A stretch of 64,000 nt of DNA, taken from the NCBI GenBank assembly GCA_029259775.1, contig JAJDEN010000026.1, positions 60,059-124,058 on the forward strand, in the 5' to 3' direction. The number at the start of each line of letters is the position of its first letter. Positions within the stretch are counted from its first letter, which is position 1. A program made the position numbers and the translations under genes. The notes under the pieces were generated by a model. The model worked only from the letters and a program-made list of their open reading frames with translations, did not search any database and had not been told where the DNA came from. This stretch comes from Planctomycetota bacterium. Its GTDB lineage: Bacteria > Planctomycetota > PLA2 > JAEUHO01. Of the stretch, positions 25,351-31,774 are shown one piece after another.

Positions 25351-27336
25351 ATGCACATCGCCCCGCAGACCCCCGACGGCCGCATCACGGCCGTGCGCCC
25401 CGCCCCCGGGGGAGCGCTGGGGATCGACATCGCCTTCCCCGTCGATCCGGCCTTCCGGGCCCTGGTCACCGGTCGCGAGGCCGAGGTGATCTTCGCGGCT
25501 CGCAGCCGGATCGCCCGCCTGGGGATCGATGTGACACCCTCGGGGCCCATGACCTGGGACGGCGACCGGCTGTGCCTCGCCGCCACGGTGACGTGCAACG
25601 TCCCCGCCTACGGCGTCGAGCCCTTCCTCGAGCGCGTCCTGCTGCCGGGGATCCGCATCGGCCGCCTCGTCTTCTGCCCGGCCGAGCGCCGGCTGGGCTC
25701 GGACGAGATCGACGAGGCCGTGCGGGACAACCTGCTGCAGTTGCCCGCGGCGTACTCGATCGACTACGAAGGCCGCTTCCGCATCCGGCCTGAAGGCTGG
25801 GTCTACGACCTGTCGGAGCCGATGTCGCTGGCGTCGCTCACCACGATCCTCACGCGCGCGGACGGGAAGGACCTGCTGAACCGCATCCAGACACGCCGTG
25901 CGGTCGACCGCATCGTGCTCGAGCCCGGCAAGGGCGTGATCACGTCCTGTTCGATGTTCTTGCACAAGCACTACGTCGTGCTCGAGAGCGAAGACACCTC
26001 GCTTGGCCATCATCTGGAAGCCGTGTGCATGGACCCGATCAGCACGCGCGGCACGAACATCTTCCTCGAGTTCGCCAACCGCAGCGACCGCCGCATCGTG
26101 AACCCGACTGTTGCCGCGGCGCTCTACCACGCGGTGCCGGAGGACCTGGAGCCGCGACGATGGTACGGCTCGGTCGACCTCCAGCCCGCCGCTCCGGATC
26201 CCGTGTCCGAGGCGACCGCCGAGTACGAGCGGCTCGCGCCGGTGTTCGATCGCCTCGAGGTCGCGAGCGAGGACGAGCACTACGCCCACCGCATGATCGC
26301 CGTCGTCACCGACCTGCCGGCCCTTCTCGATGGAGGTGCCCCCGACCTGCTCTGGCGTCGACCGAGCGACGGCTGCGAGCCGACCGAAGGGGAGGACCTC
26401 TCCGCGGAGCAGATCCGCCATCGCGTGATCACCAACGCAGTCGACGCCTCGTACGGCACGTGCGTGCTCAACGACGTGCCTGCCGGAGCGGGCATCACCC
26501 TGCTGCTTGGCTACTTCCCGAACCTGATCGAGCACACCCAGATTTGCCAAGCTGCGCTCGAGCGCAAGATCGCGCGCATCATCTTCCGCCGTGCCTCGTT
26601 CGAGCACGGGAGCTTCTTCTCCGCGCGCGATCACGGTCGGCTCGCCGACTACGAGACCCTTGGCATGGAAGTGTTCTGGTGCCATGACGAGCGGCGGCAC
26701 GTGGTGAGGCACGTCTTTCGCGGCCTGCGCGGCTACTTCATGGAGCCGCACACGGTCGATCGCTTCAAGTCGGCACTCATCTTCGCGGCGTACGGCTCGG
26801 CGCGTCCCCTCGGCGACGACGAGGTCGCCAAGGTCTCGCGCTTGCTCGAGAACCTCCAGGCGTTCTTCGGCAGCGACATCGCGATCATGACGGGCGGTGG
26901 TCCCGGCGCGATGCAGCAGGCCACGGACATCGCGCAGGGCATGGGCATGCTGGTTGGCGCGAGCTTCATCGAGACCGTCGACCAACAGACCAACCAGACC
27001 GCCGAGTTCTATCAGACCTTCCAAGGCCGCAGCCGTCAGGCGCGCCAGCGCTGGTTCGAGGTGGCCGCCTTCCACTGGTTCTTCATGGGCGGTGTCGGCA
27101 CGCTCGAGGAGGTCGGCCTCACGCTGACCGACATGAAGCTGGGCGTCATCGAGCGCTCGCCGCTCGTGTTCTTCGGTCGCCACGACGGCCAGACGTACTG
27201 GGACAGCCTCCAGCGCCAATTCGCGACGATGGTCGAGGTTGGCCGCGCCCCGGCCTGGCTCACGGAAAACGTCCTCGTCACCGACGATCCCGATGAGGTG
27301 CCTCGGTTCTACAAGCGCATCCTCGAGCTCGGTTGA
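25351..27336 (+). CDS. Large (661 aa) protein with C-terminal LOG-family (TIGR00730/lysine-decarboxylase-like, PpnN/SLOG-type Rossmann) domain; N-terminal ~440 aa uncharacterised
   Basis: C-terminal motifs IAIMTGGGPGAMQQATDIAQGMG (GGGxGxM) and FMGGVGTLEEVGLTLTD (PGGxGTxEE) match LOG-family signatures. GGAGAG RBS before ATG 25351. The longer antisense ORF 24682-27351 has no motifs. Confidence 0.75.
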   Translation: MHIAPQTPDGRITAVRPAPGGALGIDIAFPVDPAFRALVTGREAEVIFAARSRIARLGIDVTPSGPMTWDGDRLCLAATVTCNVPAYGVEPFLERVLLPGIRIGRLVFCPAERRLGSDEIDEAVRDNLLQLPAAYSIDYEGRFRIRPEGWVYDLSEPMSLASLTTILTRADGKDLLNRIQTRRAVDRIVLEPGKGVITSCSMFLHKHYVVLESEDTSLGHHLEAVCMDPISTRGTNIFLEFANRSDRRIVNPTVAAALYHAVPEDLEPRRWYGSVDLQPAAPDPVSEATAEYERLAPVFDRLEVASEDEHYAHRMIAVVTDLPALLDGGAPDLLWRRPSDGCEPTEGEDLSAEQIRHRVITNAVDASYGTCVLNDVPAGAGITLLLGYFPNLIEHTQICQAALERKIARIIFRRASFEHGSFFSARDHGRLADYETLGMEVFWCHDERRHVVRHVFRGLRGYFMEPHTVDRFKSALIFAAYGSARPLGDDEVAKVSRLLENLQAFFGSDIAIMTGGGPGAMQQATDIAQGMGMLVGASFIETVDQQTNQTAEFYQTFQGRSRQARQRWFEVAAFHWFFMGGVGTLEEVGLTLTDMKLGVIERSPLVFFGRHDGQTYWDSLQRQFATMVEVGRAPAWLTENVLVTDDPDEVPRFYKRILELG

Positions 27337-27535
27337 GGCCGACGATGCCATCGCGAATCCGGGCCCCGGCTCGGCGTCGCGTCCTCAACGTGCAGGAAGC
27401 ACGCCTGCGGCGCGACGCCTCGCCGTGACGCCGGCTCGCTTCGGCCTCCTCGGCCTCAACAGCCAACCGACGATGCCATCGCAGTGCGGCCGACGATGCC
27501 ATCGCGATTCCGGGCCCCGGCTCGCTTCGGCCTCC
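27333..27535. repeat. Tandem direct repeats (CGACGATGCCATCGCG x3; GATTCCGGGCCCCGGCTCGCTTCGGCCTC x2) upstream of the NHL lipoprotein gene
   Basis: ggccgacgatgccatcgcgaatccgggccccggctcg at 27333-27369 is repeated as ggccgacgatgccatcgcgattccgggccccggctcgcttcggcctc at 27488-27534. A third cgacgatgccatcgc lies at 27467-27481. Confidence 0.55.
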
Positions 27536-27652
27536 CGGAATGGTGGAGCCAGGAGAGGCTCGGATGCAGGGCTGGCCGAGTTGGACGACTCGGGCGTTGG
27601 CGTCGATATGGGCTTCGGGCTACCGTCTTGCATGCGGTGGTGGAGGCCCTGG

Positions 27653-28879
27653 ATGCGAGCGAGAACGTGGACGGCTGCTGCCCTGCTGTGCGTCTTCGCC
27701 TGCGGTGCGTGCCTCGCGGCCTGCGGCGGAGCAGGCGGGGGCCCGCCGTCGGTCGACACCTCGTTCGTGGACCTCTCGACGTTCAGCCCGGCCGCGCTCG
27801 TCCTCGGGCAGCCCATCTTCGCGCTGGGCGACGCCAACCAGGGTCAGCTCGTCCCCGGCCCCAGCACGATGGCGCGGCCCGGCATGCCGGCCGTCGGGCC
27901 GTTCTACCTGCCCGACATCAGCAACCACCGCGTGCTCGGCTACAACCAGCCGCCGGTCTTCAGCAACATCGCCGCCAACTTCGCCCTGGGCCAGCCGGGT
28001 CTCGCCTTCAACATCCAGGGGGTGGGGCCGACGGCGCTCAGACGCCCGACGTGCGCCGCCGTCTCCGGCGGCCGCCTCTTCGTCAGCGACAGCGGCAACC
28101 ACCGCGTGCTCATCTGGCGCACGCTCCCGGACCGCAACGCCGCACCGGCCGACATCGCGCTCGGCCAGCCCGACCTCGTGACGGCAGGGGTCGGTGCGGG
28201 CGCGGCCGACATGCAGGAGCCGGCCGGTCTGTGCGTTGCCGGGGACAAGCTGCTCGTGTGCGATCGCCTCAACCACCGCGTGCTGATCTGGACGACCGCA
28301 CCCAGCGCCAGCGGCGCGCCGGCCGATCTCGTGCTCGGGCAGGCGGACTTCGACGTCAACCTGCGCAATGCGGGTGGGCGCGCCGGCGCCTCGACCTTGG
28401 CCGATCCGACGTCGGTATGGACCGACGGCGCGCGCGTCCTCGTGGCCGACCGCGGCAACCACCGCGTGCTCGTGTGGACGAGCTTCCCGACGCAGAGCGG
28501 GCAGCCGGCGGATCTGGTGCTGGGCCAGCAGTCCTTCGACCGCGCAGCACCCGGGGTGGGGCCGACGCGCTTGTTCTTGCCGAGCGACGTCACGTCCAAC
28601 GGCCGGCAGGTCTTCGTGGCCGATGCCGGCAACCACCGCGTGCTGGCATGGCACGAGTTCCCCGAAGTGGATGGGGCGCCTGCGCGCGCCGTCCTGGGGC
28701 AGGCGACCTTCGAGCACAGCGTCCCCAACGACGAAGACCAGGACGGCACACCGGACGCCGGGCCGGGGCCACGCACGTTCCGGAGCGTGGACGCGATGCT
28801 CACCGTGAGGGTGTTCGAGAACCTGCTCTACGTCGGTGATACCGGCAACCACCGCCTGCTCGTCTTCCGCGGAGAGTAG
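27653..28879 (+). CDS. NHL-repeat (six-bladed beta-propeller) lipoprotein
   Basis: MRARTWTAAALLCVFACGACLAACGG lipobox (alternative ATG 27632). Six repeats of (S/D)xGNHRVLxW...LGQ. The 546-aa ORF-track version has an unlikely N-terminal extension across the tandem repeats. Confidence 0.75.
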   Translation: MRARTWTAAALLCVFACGACLAACGGAGGGPPSVDTSFVDLSTFSPAALVLGQPIFALGDANQGQLVPGPSTMARPGMPAVGPFYLPDISNHRVLGYNQPPVFSNIAANFALGQPGLAFNIQGVGPTALRRPTCAAVSGGRLFVSDSGNHRVLIWRTLPDRNAAPADIALGQPDLVTAGVGAGAADMQEPAGLCVAGDKLLVCDRLNHRVLIWTTAPSASGAPADLVLGQADFDVNLRNAGGRAGASTLADPTSVWTDGARVLVADRGNHRVLVWTSFPTQSGQPADLVLGQQSFDRAAPGVGPTRLFLPSDVTSNGRQVFVADAGNHRVLAWHEFPEVDGAPARAVLGQATFEHSVPNDEDQDGTPDAGPGPRTFRSVDAMLTVRVFENLLYVGDTGNHRLLVFRGE

Positions 28880-28947
28880 TTCGCCCTAGCCCATCCCCAG
28901 CCGCCGCCCCTGACGCACGCAGGTGCGAGGTTGTGCGAGGTGCCAGG

Positions 28948-29043
28948 TGAGAGGTGGTGAGAGGTGGTGCGAGGTCGTGCTCGTGTGTCTCGTGCGAGTG
29001 TGCGTGCGCTCGTGGGTGTGGGAGTTGGGGTGGGTGTGAGAGG
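28948..29043. repeat. GT-rich ~90-bp intergenic element, copy 2
   Basis: gtgagaggtggtgagaggtggtgcgaggtcgtgctcgtgtgtctcgtgcgagtgtgcgtgcgctcgtgggtgtgggagttggggtgggtgtgagagg lies between the NHL gene (stop 28879) and the convergent histidine kinase (stop 29055). Confidence 0.6.
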
Positions 29044-29054
29044 GCTCAGAGCAC

Positions 29055-29873
29055 CTACCCCGGCACGGTCGCCGGGATGTCGAAGCGGATCGTCGTCCCC
29101 GCCGGTGACGTGATCACGCGGATCACGCCGCCCAACCTGCGTATCGTCTGACGCACGAGGAAGAGCCCCAGGCCGTTGCCGCCCTTCGCGGCGCGACCCG
29201 TCACGAACGGGCGCCAGAGGCGCGGCCTCAGGTACTCGGGGATGCCCAAACCATCGTCCTGCACCTCGACGCGGCACGTGCTGCCGTCCACGATGGACGC
29301 GCGCATGGCGACGTTGCCGGGTCCGCCATCGCACGCCGTGACCGCGTTCGTACCGAGGTTCACAAGCGCTTGGACGAGCAAACGTTGTTCGCCCATGAGT
29401 ACGGCGTCCTGCTCGACCTGATGGACCAGCGAGATGTCCTCACTCGCTGCGAGCGGACGCACGAGGCGCGCTGCCTCGCGCAACACCTCCGACACGCGGA
29501 AGGACTCGAGCTCGGACTCTTCCTGACGGCCTGCGAATGCGAGCACGGTCCGGATCGTCTCGGAGATCTCCTCGCACCGCGAGGGGACCTCCTTCAGCGC
29601 GTCGCGCCAGACCGTCGGATCGCTGCTGCGCGACGCCATGTAGGCGTCGCCGCTGATGAGCATCGAGTAGTTGGCGACCTCGTGCACGAGGCCAGCCGTG
29701 ATGAGCCCGGTGTGGGCGAGGCGCTGCTGCTGCGCGAGCATGACGAGCAGGCGCTCACGCTCCTTGCGCCAGGCGGCTCGCTCGAGCTCGATGTCCGAGA
29801 GCGCGTCGCGGGGGCCGGTCTGTGCCGCGCCACCGCCGCTCGGACCCATGTTGTTCAGGAAGGGCTGGGTCAT
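29055..29873 (-). CDS. Cytoplasmic sensor histidine kinase (HisKA + HATPase_c; no TM segment)
   Basis: Start at ATG 29873 (MTQPFLNNMG...), overlapping the upstream stop by ATGA. H-box LITAGLVHEVANYSM. G-boxes QALVNLGTNAV, DDGLGIP, GGNGLGLFLVRQ. The 356-aa ORF-track version adds an Arg-rich spurious extension. Confidence 0.8.
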   Translation of the reverse strand: MTQPFLNNMGPSGGGAAQTGPRDALSDIELERAAWRKERERLLVMLAQQQRLAHTGLITAGLVHEVANYSMLISGDAYMASRSSDPTVWRDALKEVPSRCEEISETIRTVLAFAGRQEESELESFRVSEVLREAARLVRPLAASEDISLVHQVEQDAVLMGEQRLLVQALVNLGTNAVTACDGGPGNVAMRASIVDGSTCRVEVQDDGLGIPEYLRPRLWRPFVTGRAAKGGNGLGLFLVRQTIRRLGGVIRVITSPAGTTIRFDIPATVPG

Positions 29874-30235
29874 CGGGTGCCCCCTTCGTTGGGTACGCTG
29901 CAGACGAGCGCGAGAGGACCGGAGCCGACGTGCAAGGTCTGCGCGCCGTCGACGTGCAGCGCACTGACGGAGAACTGGCCGAAGGCGTCGGTCTCGACGG
30001 GGTCCGCGTCGCCGCCCAGCCGCACGGTCGCGCCCGGGACGCCGCGTTCGCACGCCTCCTCGATCACCTGGCCGTGGGCCACCTGCAGGCCGCCGGAGGG
30101 CGGCAGCACGAGCATGTCGACGCACAGGCCATCCGCGCGGAACAGCAGGCTGCGCTCCGCCGCCGCAACCGAGCGGAAGCCCGGTAGGGCGCCGACGCGC
30201 GCCGAATCAAACACGAGCTTGGCTTGAAGCGACAT
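29870..30235 (-). CDS. Small (121 aa) CarbopepD_reg-like/transthyretin-like beta-sandwich protein
   Basis: ...VRLGGDADPVETDAFGQFSVSAL... matches the VxTDxxGxFxL motif of carboxypeptidase-regulatory-like domains. The stop overlaps the HK start (ATGA). Start at 30235 overlaps the upstream gene by 29 nt. Confidence 0.55.
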   Translation of the reverse strand: MSLQAKLVFDSARVGALPGFRSVAAAERSLLFRADGLCVDMLVLPPSGGLQVAHGQVIEEACERGVPGATVRLGGDADPVETDAFGQFSVSALHVDGAQTLHVGSGPLALVCSVPNEGGTR

Positions 30236-30632
30236 GGGCGCCTCCTTCGTAGATCAAGAGGCAGGGCGCCGCGCGGCTCGCACCGAGCGCGAGCACGTAG
30301 CGGCCCGAGGCCTTGCCATGCAACTGAAACTCGCCGAACGCATCCGTCTCGGCACGGGCGACGCACGTGAGGCCGCCTGTCTCGTAGAGCGCGAGCGGAA
30401 GCTGTGCGATCGCCTCCTGGATGCGTTCCGCGCCCGTTACCTGGCCGACGATCTCGATCCGTCCCTCACCCAGCATGCGGATGAGGACATCGATCTCGTA
30501 GGGCCCGACGCCGGCGATGAGCTGCAGATCGGGGATCGATCCGGAGCGCAGGTCCGTGCGCCGGGGCGCCGGCCGCGGCCGTGTTGGGTGGTCGAGGTGC
30601 AAGGGCCGCGTGGTGATGGCGAGGTGGTTCAT
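30207..30632 (-). CDS. Small (141 aa) CarbopepD_reg-like/transthyretin-like beta-sandwich protein
   Basis: ATG 30632 overlaps the S8 peptidase stop (ATGA). ...CVARAETDAFGEFQLHGKASGRYVLAL... motif. No signal peptide. Confidence 0.6.
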   Translation of the reverse strand: MNHLAITTRPLHLDHPTRPRPAPRRTDLRSGSIPDLQLIAGVGPYEIDVLIRMLGEGRIEIVGQVTGAERIQEAIAQLPLALYETGGLTCVARAETDAFGEFQLHGKASGRYVLALGASRAAPCLLIYEGGAHVASSQARV

Positions 30633-31771
30633 CGCGTCACCGCCTTCCACAGGTTGAGGGAGCCATGCCAGAGGTAGCGTCCGTCCGCGCCGCGCACAGG
30701 GTCCGCAGCATGGCGCAGGCGCCACATCAGCTCGGTGGAGGACTTGTCCGGGTGCAGCGAGCGCAGCAGCGCCGCCGCCCCGCTGACGAGACCGGCGGAG
30801 AACGAAGTGCCGCTCCAGTAGCCGCTGCTGTGGTCCCAGCCGAGGCCGAGCGGGCCATAGAGATCGACGCCAGGCGCGTAGATCACGATGCGCGACGGGT
30901 CCTTCGAGGCATTGGAGAACTCGGCGACGCGGTTGTGGCGATCCACCGAGCCGACCGTGATCGTGTCGTTCCAGTCACCCAACTGGGAGACTTCCTCCAC
31001 CCCGTCGTTGCCGGCCGAGTTCACGATGACGACGCCGGAAGCGCGCATGTCCGCGATGAGGCGCGCGATCCTCTGCTTGCGGCCGGTCGTGGGCATGGCG
31101 GAGACGTTCACGATCTGGGCGCCCATGGCCCACGCGAAGCGCAGCCCGTACTCCAGTTCCTTGTCCGTGCCCCAGCCCTCGTCGTCCCGCACGCGGATCG
31201 GAAGGATCGTCGCGTCGGGCGCGGCCAAGAGGACCATGCCCGCAACGAACGTGCCGTGGCCGACACCGCTGTCCGTGATCCCGTCCCGGTCGTCGTCGTA
31301 GCCGTCACCGAGGTCATGCGGGTCGAAGTCCAGGTCCACCGCGTCGAAGCCCCACGGCAAGACCCGGCCCGCGATCTCGGGGTGATCCAGGTTGAAGCCG
31401 CCGTCGAGCACCGCCACGAGGACGCCGCCGCCGCGCGTCAGGCGGTGGGCGTCGCGGCTGCGTAGCTGCTCTTGGGTCGTGTGCACGCTGAACAGCAGGT
31501 CGCCGTCGAGGATCGGGGTCGTCGTCGGGTCGCTGTCCGAGCGATGCTCGAGCAAGCGCGCCGGCAGCGTGCCCGGATGCGTCGATCCGGGCTTGGCGTA
31601 ACGCGCTTCGTAGGCACGGCGGAGGCGGTCGAACTGCTGGAGCTTGCGCACCCAGCCGGGTGTGGCATCACCCTCAGCGGAGACAGTAGGCGCCGTACCA
31701 AGGAAGAACAGCAGGGCCGCGAGCAGCGCGGCGACCCAGCGCCCAGGCTGGTGGCGTGTGGCAATCATCAT
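30629..31771 (-). CDS. Secreted S8-family (subtilisin-like) serine peptidase
   Basis: Signal peptide MMIATRHQPGRWVAALLAALLFFLGTAPTVSA. Catalytic Asp (VAVLDGG), His (GVGHGTFVAG) and Ser (GTSFSAG) in canonical order, with N oxyanion (NSAGN). Start 3 nt after the CHAT gene stop. Confidence 0.85.
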   Translation of the reverse strand: MMIATRHQPGRWVAALLAALLFFLGTAPTVSAEGDATPGWVRKLQQFDRLRRAYEARYAKPGSTHPGTLPARLLEHRSDSDPTTTPILDGDLLFSVHTTQEQLRSRDAHRLTRGGGVLVAVLDGGFNLDHPEIAGRVLPWGFDAVDLDFDPHDLGDGYDDDRDGITDSGVGHGTFVAGMVLLAAPDATILPIRVRDDEGWGTDKELEYGLRFAWAMGAQIVNVSAMPTTGRKQRIARLIADMRASGVVIVNSAGNDGVEEVSQLGDWNDTITVGSVDRHNRVAEFSNASKDPSRIVIYAPGVDLYGPLGLGWDHSSGYWSGTSFSAGLVSGAAALLRSLHPDKSSTELMWRLRHAADPVRGADGRYLWHGSLNLWKAVTR

Positions 31772-31774
31772 CGG

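Noticed and set aside
24682-27351. 889-aa minus-strand ORF
   Set aside because: Antisense to the LOG-domain gene, which carries unmistakable GGGxGxM / GGxGTxEE signatures. The minus ORF is Arg/Ala/Gly/Val low-complexity.
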